This document shows positions 13,225 to 25,802 of a DNA stretch of 64,000 bases, in pieces (position 1 is the stretch's first letter; each line of letters opens with the position of its first letter). Source of the stretch: Leucoraja ocellata (taxonomy: Eukaryota). The translations under genes were made by a program, and so were the position numbers. The stretch covers positions 1,116,001-1,180,000 of the forward strand of contig JAWMAR010000007.1 in assembly GCA_036785375.1 (NCBI GenBank), read 5' to 3'. The notes under the pieces were generated by a model, which saw only the letters and a program-made list of their open reading frames with translations, did no database searches and was not told the DNA's origin.

Positions 13225-14680
13225 TGAATAGTGTTCACCTCTATGTCAAAAAAAGATTTGGGGATCAAGTTCGCCACTAAGACTTGACCACATAATTAGG
13301 CTGACGTGGCACAGTACAAAGGAAGTACTGCAGTTTTGGCTGTCACTTCTCTGAAATGAATGGTTGAACAGAGATTCCATCCGTCCTCTCCGGTCCACGC
13401 CAGAGATCTCATGGCTAATGTTCTTCCTCAAGTCCTGGTCAATCTTTACACTTCGCCCAATATCACCAAAACTGTTCTTCACCGTACTTCAATCCAAAAC
13501 TTGGCTCTGTCTATTTTTTCCACAGATGTAGCCTCACCTGTTATTTCCAGCATCTTTTTTCATTTTAGATTTCTAATACTTGCATTTTTCTTTTCAATTT
13601 ACACAATTTGGTTAATCTATTCTTTTATTTCATTGTTTTAGTAGCTCTCTGCCGGTGCTACTAAATGTTGACTGACACCAAATACTGGAGTAAATCAACG
13701 CAGGGCTGGATTTAGATGAAGAGCTATTTCACTTGTGAGCCCCCCCCCCCCCCCCCCTCTCCCAATCACCCACCCCCACGACTAGAGGACCATGACTACC
13801 CGACAGTGACAGTGTGACACTTTTAGAACCTACTGTATGTTGTCATTAAACAGTTGGTTTTAAAACACATATTGGATTCACCGTGGAGCGGGCGATGCTT
13901 TACCTGGATCGCTGTTTGAAGTTCTGGAGTGTTGGGCCTGCTGCTTCAGCATCATGGAGCTGTGGTTTGCGGAGCTCCCAGCCTCGGGCCACGCTTATTT
14001 TAATATCGCGGAGCCCTGGGAACCCTTTGCCGAGGGCCGCCCAGCTCAGCCTATGGACTTCAGGATCTCTGGTAGTCTCAGCGGGAAAGCAGCATCTCTG
14101 GATAGAAGGAATGGGTGACATTTTGGGTTGAGGCCCTTCTTCAGTTTAAGAAGACCTTTCCTTCAACTAGTCGATTCATTGAAACACCTTGTGATGTCCA
14201 GGGAAAGATAGTGTTAATTGAAGTGCAGTCTTTAAATTCTTTTTGTAAATGTTTTCACTGGGTAGTAATAATTTATTTACCTCCCCAAAGAATTCCTGCA
14301 GCTTACTGAGACGTTGCCCCCCTGCTTTTATGAGTAATGACAACAGCTTATGCTTCCGATACTCACTGGATAAGTACTGAGAGTATCCCTTATAAGGATG
14401 AAAAATGTTTTTTTACAAGACGGCCTTTGGCAAACTGATCTGTGTATGATATCTATATATTTTGCCCTCATCATCAAAATCTGAGAAAGTATTTTGAATA
14501 TTGTAAACTTAACATTTTAATAATTCATTTAATTTGAGAAGCAAGATTGAAGTATTATTTTGAATTTTATTTGCTGTTTTATGAAACAAAGCTTTTTAAA
14601 AACTATTTTACTAGTGCCAGGAGGTACTTTCATACATTCTTCAGATTATTTTTTTTTTTGCATTGTTCCCAATTATAAGG

Positions 14681-14975
14681 TTTAGTTTAGTTTAATGATA
14701 CAGCTTGGAAACAGGCCCTTCGGCCCCACCGAATAGGTGCCTACCACAAACTAGGTACACGTTCAATCCTACATACTGGGACAATTTACAGAAGCCAATT
14801 AACAAAAACATGTACGTCTTTGGAGTGTGGGAGAAAAAACCGGAGCAGCCGGAGAAAACCCATGTGGTCACGGGGAGAATGTACAAACCCCATGCAGACA
14901 GCAACCGTAGTCAGGATCGAACCCGGGTCTCAGGCACTGTAAAGCAGCAACTCTACTGCTGCACCACTGTGCCTC
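14681..14975 (-). mobile_element. HE1-type V-SINE
   Basis: tRNA-like head, V-domain and (ctaaa)n tail on the minus strand. Confidence 0.8.
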
Positions 14976-15599
14976 CCTGTTCAATTTGCTTTTTCCTTTC
15001 GATTTTCTATTCTCAGGTACAATGGTCTTGGCTTTGACAATTTCCTCAAAAGTAGAGCTTTATGTAAGCAAAACAATTCCTCATCTTGCAAACCTCAGCA
15101 TGTTCACCAGCTGTACTTGCCTTTAGTTTTCGAAGTTTATTCTCAGCGATACTTTTAATGCAATCTTTCAATGCCTTCTTACTCAAGTTTGCTCCTTGCT
15201 TATTTTCAATTTCTTCTTTTCCAGCTGCTTTTTATGCCTAAGGATCCAACAACTAACTGCTCCCCAAATAAACTTGACATTAGCATCAATATTATTATTG
15301 ACATTGTAATTTTCCCCATTGGCTTAATTTAACATCTGATTGGGAAAGAAGATATGTTCAAGGCATATGGGGGAAAAAGCAGGAACGGGGTACTGATTTT
15401 AGATGATCACCCATGGTCATATTGAATGGCGGTGCTGGCTCGAAGGGCCGAATGGCCTACTGCACCTATTTTTCTATGTTTCTATGTTCAATATTTCTAA
15501 GATTGATTTTCTCTATGTTCCTTTCCATTGGGTAATTGCCCAATTATCCACATTTTAACAATACTGGTTTGTTCTCACACTCCCAGAATAACAATAATT

Positions 15600-16150
15600 G
15601 TTTAATATCTCAAGAGAAACAATAAATGTAGCTGCAAACTTTTCAGTAGGATTCCAATCATTACTTTTTCTGTACTGTCCACTAACTTATTTCTTTTAAC
15701 ACCAATAAAGCTTGCCAGAAATAAACAATGTTGACAATGGGACTCCAGTTATTTTCCTCTGCTTGTTGCCACATATTTATTCCCACCAGAAATCCAGAAG
15801 GTATTTACTGCCAATCCCTCGCTGAAATCCTCAATGGCTCTACTTCCTGTAACTTGATTATTTCAATGCAGTTCTGGCTAGCCATCCACCTCCACCCTTC
15901 AGGAACTCGAAATGCTCCAAACTGTGCTATTTATACCCTAGCACATATTAAGTCCTATCCCCTCACCTTTCCTGCGCTTGCTAACCCAGGTTGACTGCTG
16001 ACAAGGAAACACCTTGAGCTTAAACCATGCTTCTTTAACTCTGTTCTATCTTTCTAGTCTTCTCCCAGAGCTACAGTTCTTTTGGTATCCAATTCTGGCC
16101 TCTTGGCATTCCTGATGCTTTTGGACGTCTTCGCTACTCAGGCGCTAAGA
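15600..16150 (+). mobile_element. Degenerate L2-like LINE 3' fragment
   Basis: Degenerate NAVLA...LQNCA...TFPAL pattern resembling the L2 ORF2 C-terminus; frameshifted. Confidence 0.4.
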
Positions 16151-16664
16151 TTTGAAATTATCCCCTTGGCCTCCCATGTATCTCTCTCGCACTTGTACTC
16201 ACTCACACTCATCCACCAAGGTGTTCCATAAAGCCTAATTATTCAGTCAAGTTTTTGGTCACACCGACTATTACTTAGCCTGTACTTGGTCCATATCTTT
16301 CTAGTCCTTGCACTTCCATGTGCCTATCTAAAAGCCTCTTAAATGGCACTATCGTATCTGCCTCGACCACCAACCCTGGCAATGCGTTCCAGACTCCCAC
16401 TACTTTCTGTGTAAAAAAAAAAACGTGTTCCACACATCTACATTAAACATTGCCCTTCATTCTACCTCCACCCCCTTCTCCACCCCCGCCCACCCGATCA
16501 CTTAATACATCTGGTCACAGATCCTCAATATCTGGAAAGCTGTGCACTTTAAACCCTTTGTAAATTTCATGGTTATTCTCTCATAGTTTGGCCGTTGAAA
16601 TTCAGCTATGATTTAGTTAAGCATACACTGTTAAGCCTTTAAGCACGCAATAAGTCATAGCAGA

Positions 16665-17370
16665 TGAGTAGTTACGTTACTGGACGATCAGTCGGTGTTC
16701 TGGATCACTGATCCAGGGACATGAAACGGAATCCCACCATAGCACATGCAGACCTGAAATTTCAGCAATTAAATAAATCTGGAATTTAAAAATAAATCTA
16801 GCCTTAGCAGCAGCAGCTATAAGACTGCCATCTTGGTTTTAAAATAAAACCACCTTATTCACTCATTTCCGTTAGGAAAGTATATCTGCTGCCCTAACCC
16901 GGTCTGGTCTACATATGACCCAGCCTCCTCTGTTCAAGGTAATTAGGAATGAAAAATAAAAAGCCACAAGGACCAGTGAGATTCACATTCCCTGAAAGGA
17001 TACATTTTAAAAATGCTGTACCTGCATTATTATATTCTCTGTAGGTTGCATTGCCCATAACTGTTCATTATATTCCAGGGGCAAAAGGGTTAATTTACTG
17101 GATCAGTATCCAGGAGCCCAGAGGGCTGGAGACACGAGTTCCATTCACATAATTAAATATTGAGTTTTTGTCAGTAATGGTGATGGTGGAACTGCTGGAT
17201 TGTTAAAATCAATTAAGTTAATGAAATGTCGTTTAGAGGACGAAACCTACCATTTTCTCCCCAATCTATTTGGTCCAGGTTGACCCTTAAAAGCTCTTTG
17301 AATTGCCACCGTGAGCAATTGAAATATGAAAGTGGAATAAATGTTGGCCATTTGGCGAATAAATGGATGT
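16665..17370 (+). mobile_element. Two adjacent degenerate copies of an old chondrichthyan SINE-like repeat (~16665-16995, ~17085-17370)
   Basis: Both have ttactgga...atccag...gacac/gacat...aattaaata and a gaaa...aataaa...gg cca 3' block. Confidence 0.5.
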
Positions 17371-17964
17371 AAATGGGAGTCAGCACTACATTCCCTCTAA
17401 CTTGTGATGAAGTAGGTCTCACATGTCTAATGAAGGGTTTGTAGCGTTGTCTTGTTTACAGGCTTTGACTCATGCTTGAAAATCATGGGTGTACTAAGTT
17501 CATTAGCTCTAGGAGCAGAATTAGGCCATTCAGCCCCATTAGGTCTACTCCACCATTCAACCATGGCTGATCTATCTTTTCCTCTCAACCCCATTCTCCT
17601 ACCTTCGCCCCATAACCCCTGACACCCGTACTGATCAGGTGCTTTTTGGATGTGGTAGACTTGAACCATTGGTGTCTGGGCGCTTCTGGCATTGACACAT
17701 GAGACACACAGCAATCTGGAAAGAAATTTGTGAATGGCATGATTCATGCGATTCCTCTTTTTGTTTACCAATAGATTTAAAAAAAAACAAATCGCTTAGT
17801 GTACATGGGTTGAAATTCAAATTAGTATTTTTCTGTCAACTCTTCTGCAACTGAGGTGATGCAGAAGATGATTGATGATGTGAATACATAGTTTCATTAA
17901 CAAGATAAAACAAAAATTGATTGGAAGGAATGCAAATAGAAGGAAACGTTAAAAGTGAAGATCG

Positions 17965-18514
17965 TGTTGAGTTCTGTGCACCATTCTGTAGGAAAGATGT
18001 TGTCCAGCTGGAAAGGATACAGAGAAGATTTACGAGGACTAGAGGATCTGAACTATAGGGAGAGGTTGAGTAGGCTGTGACTCTATTCCTTGGAGCACTG
18101 AAGGATGAGGGGTGATCTTATATGTATAAATCTTCATATCTTATATGCATATATGTTTAAAATCATGAGAGGAATAGATCAGGTAGATGCACAGAGTCTC
18201 TTACCCAGAGTAGGTGAATCGAGGACCAGAGGACGTAGGTTTAAGGTGAAGGTGAAAAGATTTAATAGGAATCTGAGGGGTACCTTTTTCACATAAAGGG
18301 TGGTGGGTGCATGGAACACGCTGCCAGATGAGGTAGTTGAGGCTGGGACTATCCCAACATTTAAGAAACAGTTAGACAGTTACATGGACAGAACAGGTTT
18401 GGAAGGACATGGGCCAAATGTGGGCAGGTGGGACTAGTGTAGCTGGGGCATGTTGACTGGTGTAGGAAAGTTGGGTCGAAGGGTCTGTTTCCACATTGTA
18501 TCACTCTATGACTC
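17965..18514 (+). mobile_element. CR1 LINE 3' fragment
   Basis: RGDL...FKIMRGIDQVDAQSLLPRVGESRTRG; tail gggtctgtttccacattgtatcactctatgactct. Confidence 0.85.
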
Positions 18515-19340
18515 TGTTTGGATTAATGGTACTTTATTGGCACGTGGACAATGAAGTGAAATTCTTTGTCTTGCCTACAACTGAGTAAAATCTTGCTATA
18601 CATAAGCACAATCATGCTTAAGTACAAGAAGGCAACGATTGAGGTGTAAAAGAATAGTTGATTACACTGAGTCGGTAACAAAGAGCCACTACATTTCTGG
18701 TGCCATCTTGTTTCCTTCAATCTTTCAAAGTTCGTAAAAATATTGACTCTTATCTTTGCCGGTGGAACTGGGTCTGGTGATGCAGAGGTTGGTCTGCCCC
18801 GGCAATTTTGTTGATGTCCTCCACCACTGCTCCACCGTTCTGTGCTCCAACGGGCCACGTCCGATCTGCGCGCTCGGACTCGATGGCCTCTGCCCAAATG
18901 TCTTTTGAATTTGTCAATTTATCCCCTTCTCTTGCTTCCTTGTGCAGCTCATTCCAGATTTTCCAGTAAAAAGTTGCACTGTTAGTTGCCACTTAAATCT
19001 CTCTCCTCTCACCTTGTTTTAGAATCCTCTAACCTGGGAAAAAGCCTGAATATTCATTTTGTTTAAGCCCCTCATGATATTATATACTTGAAATAGTTTG
19101 CCCCTCAGCTTCTTATGCTCCAAGGAAGTTAATCCCTCTCTATCCAGCTTCTCCCTATATAACTCAAGCATCAACTCAACTCAACTCTGGGTAAATCCTG
19201 GTGAATCACTTTGGCACCGTTTGCAACTCAATGTCATCCGTCCTACAGCATGGTGACTTGAATAGGTGTATCATGATGTCCCACGTTTTGTACTCAATAC
19301 CTTTCCCAAGAAGCCCTGTGTGCAAAAAGCCTTCATCATG

Positions 19341-20109
19341 ATGGCAAAAACAAGGGGGCAGATTATTATCACAATGGGGTTAGGTTAGGTAACGGGGAGG
19401 TACAGCGAGACCTTGGTGTCCTTGTACACCGGTCACTGAAAGTTGGCGTACAGGTACAGCAGGCAGTGAAGAAAGCCAACTGAATGTTGCCCTTCATAAC
19501 AAGAAAATTTCAGTATAGGAGTAGAGAGGTTCTTCTGCACTTGTATAGGGCCCTGGTAAAACCACATCTGGAGTATTGCGTACAGTTTTGGTCTCCTAAT
19601 TTGAGGAAGGACATCCTTGTGATTGAGGCAGTGCATTGTAGGTTCCCGAGATTGATCCCTGGGATGAGGAAAGATTGAAACGACTAGGCTTGTATTCACT
19701 GGAGTTTAGAAGGATGAGGGGGATCTTATAGAAACATAAAATTATAAAAGGACTGGACAAGCTAGATGCAGGAAAAATGTTCCCAATGTTGGGCGAGTCC
19801 AGAACCAGGGGCCACAGTCTTAGAATAAAGGGGAGGCCATTTAAGACTGAGCTGAGAAAAAAAAGTTTTCAACCAGAGAGTTGTGAATTTGTGGAATTCC
19901 CTGCCACAGAGGACAGTGGAGGTCAAGTCACTGGATGGATTTAAGAGAGAGTTAGATAGAGCTCTAGGGGCTAGTGGAATCAAGGGATATGGGTAGAAGG
20001 CAGGCACGGGTTATTGTTGGAGGACGATCAGCCATGATCACAATGAATGGCGGTGCTGGCTCGAAGGGCCGAATGGCCTCCTCCTGCACCCATTTTCTAT
20101 GTTTCTATG
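19341..20109 (+). mobile_element. CR1/HER1 LINE 3' fragment
   Basis: YRSREVLLHLYRALVKPHLEYCVQFWSP; (ttcta tg)n tail. Confidence 0.92.
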
Positions 20110-20849
20110 TTATCACCTGCCCAACCCCTATATGCAGGCTATTTCCTCGCCTCTGCACTCCCAGTCCTGATGCGTGGTCCTGAACTGAAACTTCGACTAT
20201 CCCTTTTCCACCACAGATGCTGCTCCACCTTCTGAGTTCCTCCAGTAGTTTGTTTTTTGTTCCTGACTACAGCATCTGCGGTCTTTTTTGTCTCAGTCCA
20301 GAAGAATAATTGGGAATGACTGAGGCGACAATTTGCCTCGTCCACTGAAGATTTTTTAGCTGTCACCATGATCTTGATGATCATGAAGGATATGGGTGGG
20401 TGGGGGAGCGGAGTTCTTCACATCAGCAGATGGTTCATGAATCAAGGGAAATGGATTTAAAGGGAAGCCAAAATATTATAGGGAGATGTGAGGCAAAATG
20501 TCTTTACAGAGGGTGGTAAAGACCTGGAATTTGCTCATTGTATGGGGATAGTAACAGGGTCGCTTGGAGCTTTCAAATGGAATTGCAGAGCAAAACAAGT
20601 TGCATAGTCACAAGGAAAGAACAAGCAATGGAACTGACTTGATTACTCCACAAGGTGTCATTGTGGACTTGATTTTGATTCTATGCAAAGCCAAATCATT
20701 TAGAAAGAAGCTCTTCTGGTGATGCCAGTAGGGAGAGCTTTTATTTTTTAACTCGACAAGAATTACGATTGTCTCCCATTGCCTTGTACCGGATTGACGA
20801 TGGAGAGCATTTGCCAAGGAGTCAGCTGACCCATCCGACTGATAGGATT

Positions 20850-21620
20850 CAAGTTAAGTTGAATCGACTTTGTTGTCGTATGTAGTGAGGTACTGGCACA
20901 ATCACAGGCATAAAGACTCAGACAACACACAAAAAGATAAATTATACATCAATTACACACAAATTTGACAAGACAGCAAAAATAAAAAATATTGCACAAA
21001 ACCATTACATTAGTGCAAAAGTACATCATTGAAAAACAATTCCATGATAGTGCAAGAAATGATCCTGTTGATCATGATGCCGTATGATCATGGTATTCTT
21101 TGTCGCCTTAGGTGGCAATAGGTTGGTTCAAGAATCGAATTGTGGTAGGAAAATAGCTGTTCCTGCACATGCTAGTGGAGAGGGAGTTTGAGGCTTCTGT
21201 ACCTCCTGCCTGATGGTAATAATGAGAAGAGAGCATGATACGATCGTAATGAAGAGAGTGGTGGACTCGACACAGCTGATTGCCCAGCACGTGATTGATA
21301 CTTTATTACCACATGTGGCATGTCACAGAAATTCATTGTTTTGTACACCATACACAAGTTATGCAAAGAGTCCTTGTATAGAGTGCTGACAAAGTTACAG
21401 ATTATTCATTATGGTCCCCAATGGTCACTCATCGTTCCCTTCCCCCCCCCCCCCCCCCCCCCCCACACTGGGTCCCTCATTGTGGTGCTCGCTGGAAGTT
21501 TCCGACAGTCTCTGCAGCCAACCTTTAGTGTTCCCAAGCCTTGGAGTTGTCATGCCTCTCCATGAGGTAATCAACCAGAATACTATCTCCAGTGCACCTG
21601 TAGAGGTTTGTTAAGAATAT
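20850..21620 (-). mobile_element. Degenerate Rex1/Babar-type LINE fragment(s)
   Basis: HALFSLLPSGRRYRSLK; RNSYFPTTIRFLN. Confidence 0.65.
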
Positions 21621-21957
21621 TCAGTACATGCCAAATCTCTTTAACCAATGTCCACCATCTTTTGTTTCAGGCATGTATGTGTTCATCACAATCTATCAAG
21701 GTCAAACCCAAAATTGGTCTCAGACTGTAACAACTGCATTATTATTCCACTATTTATCTTAATGCACTAAAGATCTTGGGCAGGCATGGAGCACACCTGT
21801 GAACAGAATTATTTATCTCAATGACTGCTTTGTTACTCTGAAAGTGACACTGAACTTGTGTTGAAAACTCAAATTTCTGCTAAACTGGTGCTAAATAATT
21901 AGGTTTGAAAATTTCCATTTACGGGATAAGGACATGGGACATTCTTATATAGTGGAT

Positions 21958-22305
21958 GGACACAAAAAGCTGGAGTAACTCAGCGGGACAGGCAGCATCT
22001 CTGGATGGAAGGAATGGGTGACACTTCAGGTCGAGACCCTTCTTCAGGCTAAGAGTCATGGGAGAAGGAGACACAGAGATATGGAAGGGTAAGGTGTGAA
22101 GACGAGATACCAAATGGGATGAAGCTCAAGGGAAATGACGAATTAATCATTGTTATCATGGGGAAGGTGACAAGGAGGCATATAAAGATAAAATTTAATC
22201 AGGAGGACAGTCAGACTGGTCCGAGAACTAGGATGGGGGAGGGACTCCAGCTTTTGTGTCTATCTTTGGAGTAAACCAGCACCTCCAGTTCCATCCTACA
22301 CATTT
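21958..22305 (-). mobile_element. Penelope-like element terminus with hammerhead remnant and short inverted end
   Basis: gacacaaaaagctggagtaactcagcgggacaggcagcatctc...gtcgagacccttcttcag; inverted copy at ~22245-22300. Confidence 0.7.
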
Positions 22306-23202
22306 GTTACATAGTGGAATGTTTTGTCAAGTCCAACGAGCTTATTTCACTGCACCTGCGGGTGCATGTGACGAATAAAATGGAATTTGACTTTGGCTTG
22401 TGAAATAAGCACTATCAATGTGGATTAATTAATGGAACCAAAATCATGCTCAATTTGATTCACAGTTTGGACATAGTCCCAGACCATTTACAAACCTGTA
22501 TTAATGTCCTGTTGCTGCCTAAGACCAAACATTTAGTTTCCCCCCTGACCCTGAAATTGGGCTAAAAGTTGCAAGGCCTCAGCAGAGACTAGGTCTCAAT
22601 GGGATAACAGGAACACCCAGAATCATGGAATAATTAGAGTGAGAAAGGAAGCCATATGGGCATTCAAGTCCGTGGCAGCTTCATCCAAGTGCAATCTAGC
22701 TTGAACTACTCTCCAAAGCCATGGGGTTCTTCGTGGTCTTCGTGAGCCTTCTTCAGTCTGAAGAAGAACTCCGACCTGAAACGTCACCTAGGGATTACGT
22801 TTCTCTCCAGAGATGCTGCCTGAGTTACTCCAACACTTTGTGTCTCTCAATGGAGTCTTCCTTTTCAATTACTTGTTCTGATTCCTTTTGAACACTGAGT
22901 CTTTATCTCCTTGGCAGTGTTTTCCAGACCCAACCATCAGCTGTGTTAATTTTTTGCCTTGTGTGATTTTTAATGTTTAATGTCCAATCGTGTTAATTCT
23001 ATGTAACGTGGTTCTTGACCCTTGTACCAAATGGAACAAATTCTCTCGATCCACTTAGTCAAACACGTATTTATCTGGAGAATGTAGAAACAAGGAACAG
23101 CAGATGCTGGTGTACTAAAAAATATACAAAGTGCTGGAGTAACTCGGCAGGTCAGGCAGCATCCCTGGTGAACATGATAGGTGACATTTTGTGTTGGGAC
23201 CC

Positions 23203-23475
23203 TTTAGAGATACAGCATGGAAACGGGCCCTTCGGCCCATTGAGTCCGTGCTGACCAGCGATCACCCCATACACTAGCGCTATCCTACACACACACAAGG
23301 GTCAATTTACAGTAGACAATTAACCTACCAACCTGTAAATTTTTGGAATGTGACAGGGAACCCGGGCACCCATGCAGTCACAGGGTGAACGTACAAACTC
23401 TGTACAGACAGTATCCACAGTCAGGATCAAACCCGGGTCTCTGGCGCTGTAACAACTCGTCCACTGTGCCACCCG
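23203..23475 (-). mobile_element. HE1-type V-SINE
   Basis: Shared HE1 body and CR1-derived tail. Confidence 0.75.
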
Positions 23476-23559
23476 TCTGCAGACTATTTAACTGGAACTG
23501 GTCAAACACAGGTTATTCCCTTGAGGACTGCTGGCCAAAACCAACTTGATGTGGCCCTT

Positions 23560-25026
23560 TGTCATCACGTATGTCAAATAAAGGGGCTTTTGTCTTCAAC
23601 TCACCGTATAATGTTCAAATATTTTTGCATTTGCGTAATCTTCAAGATGGTCTAATAGTTTGCGCGTTGAATGAATTGGATCATATTGGGCTGTCCTGCG
23701 TGTATAGTAGAAAATCTGCTCACTAATGAATAATTTCAACTTGTTACTGAATGCCGCAGTGGGTTGAAAAATAATTGAACTGAAGTGAGGAATGTTAACC
23801 AGCTCAAATGTCAAAGTTTTGAAAAGCTGACATTTAAGCCAATCTACACTTTCGTTCCCTGTTGCTCAGCTTCTTCCAAGTGCACACACACAGCACGCGG
23901 CACGTGCTTCTTACCTTTTCTAAAAATAAACTCTGCCAAGTCTAACAAATGCCGTACAAATTATTCTGCGATTACCGATGTGTGACCACGATTAGACACA
24001 AAAAAAATTCCGGAAAAATATCCTGGGGGAGGGTAACGAGTGCAAGCTGAATCCTAATTGCCAGCAAGTTGTTCAGGACACAGTGTAAGAATGGAGGATT
24101 TGTTTTAAATTGGTCACTAGCTTCATTGTGCAGTGCTGTGAGGTTAGACTAGCATTGCAAAGGTGCCAGACTTGTAAAATCCTGCAGTTCTCTAATTTTA
24201 TGTAATATGGAATATATATACAAGAACATAAGCTTGGTCTTTAAAAATCTTCCTCTCAAAAGTTTGAACTCTTTAATATTACTTCTTGTGGAGGTAAATG
24301 TACTGATAGCCGTTTTTTTGAGTGGTCAGGTTCTGTGTGGAGATGTCACTTGTTTTTCCCAGCTGCCGGCTCTGTGCGTTGGCCGGTGTTTGTGAGTGTC
24401 TGGTTCAACAAAGGGCTCGGGCAAGTCCAGCAAAGGATTGCCAGTCCCTAATGAGAAGTTGAGATTATTTGTTTAACCTACGCCTTGAACTTCCTATCAA
24501 CAGGTCACAGAAACAGTTACGTAAATATGTGATTTACATACTTTCTTGTAAGTAATTACTTAAGTTGAGTTTTGTTTACTTTTTCTTTAAGAAAGGGAAA
24601 CTTTTTTAAACTATTTTATTTTGCGGCAGGAGTGGAAATTATTATTTTTTCGCTATTGCTTAGATTCTGATTTAAGATTTCCCTCACAAGGAGATGTATT
24701 TGCATAGAAATGAAAAGGTGAGTTAATGATTTATGGGCATATGCTGACCTTCCACATACACATGGATAGTGGGTGCAGCTCCACACACATTTCTTGGTTT
24801 TGCATTGAGTTCTGCCTTGTTATTTACAACCCATCTACATGCCTGATTGCCCGAAGAGACCAAAAATGTTACTGCTACACCCTCCCCTGGGTTACTGGGC
24901 AATTTGATCCCAGCCTCCTTCATTCTTTTATTTCGCATCACAGCTAGACTTGAGTCACTTGTGTGCACACCAAAATCCTGCTCGTGTATATCCGTTCATT
25001 CTGTCGTCTTTACTCCAAGCCATTAA
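23560..25026 (+). promoter_or_regulatory. Putative internal promoter/5' UTR of the short ARHGEF28 isoform
   Basis: ~1.5 kb lacking the repeats that saturate the rest of the window, directly upstream of an ATG-initiated exon; retains CpGs; E-box CACGTG at 23901-23906. Confidence 0.45.
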
Positions 25027-25111
25027 ATGGATTCAGACTCAGATTCCCCTTTCAATTACTCCTGGCCGTCATTTCCTAAGATGAGGATTCGACGCAGGGC
25101 ATCCAAACAAG
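25027..25111 (+). CDS. ARHGEF28: ARHGEF28 alternative first coding exon (MDSDSDSPFNYSWPSFPKMRIRRRASKQ, phase 1)
   Basis: In-frame TAA just upstream of the ATG region, 28 codons +1 nt, donor CAAG|gtagat in phase with exon 37910. Peptide matches the short-isoform N-terminus of mammalian ARHGEF28 as I recall it. Confidence 0.85.
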
Positions 25112-25416
25112 GTAGATGTTCAATCCAATTACTTTTTCTTTAAATAAAATTAAACTTTTACTTTTCAAGCTGTGTTTTTGTTTCTCCTTGAGAGAGTAAA
25201 AGAGGAAGCATCAAGCCAAATTACAGACTTGTTTTACTTGTGTCTCATACATTGCTGATCAATAAGGTGGTCACAATACAGCTGTGAGAATCTTATTTTA
25301 AAGGACAACTTTATAAACTCCAAATACTGTGATTAGAATTAATTCAGAGAGATTTTAAAGACTCCCATTGTTTTCCCCAACCACGTGTGCCTTCCAGTTG
25401 CTTGCTCCAGTGTTTG

Positions 25417-25802
25417 AAGAAAGACGTGCATTTATATAGTGCCGTCAACATTTCCCAAAGTGCTTTCCTGCCAGCAAAGTATTTTTTGGAAGTGTCTGTT
25501 TAATGTGGGGAACAATTTGCAGAGAACAGTCAGTGTGTGACATGTTATTTTTATTATTTAAATCTAAATATTGGCGAAATAAACCAGGATTAAGCGCCTG
25601 GCATTTTGGCAAAGTAGTGGCTTTTATATCTAGCTGAAAGAGAGGAGTAATCCTGGTTTAGCATCTCATAAAGTGACAGCTGTACCAATGCAACACTCTC
25701 TCAGTCCTGTCTTCAGCTTTGATTATTGTGCATGAGGTTCTGGAGTGAGATTGGAATCCATTACCTTCTAACTTTGTGGAAAGATTGCTACCAAATGAGC
25801 CA
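25417..25802 (-). mobile_element. Ancient DeuSINE (SacSINE1/AmnSINE1-like)
   Basis: Minus strand: tRNA-like head tggctcatttggtagca, Deu-like gagatgctaaaccagg, L2-type tail gcactatataaatgcacgtctttctt. Confidence 0.65.

Noticed and set aside
13701-14055. hAT-like fragment starting cagggctggattta
   Set aside because: No matching right TIR or TSD visible.
18523-18992. Neuropeptide-precursor-looking minus-strand ORFs
   Set aside because: No signal peptide or recognisable family; lies in a repeat with a Rex-like tail.
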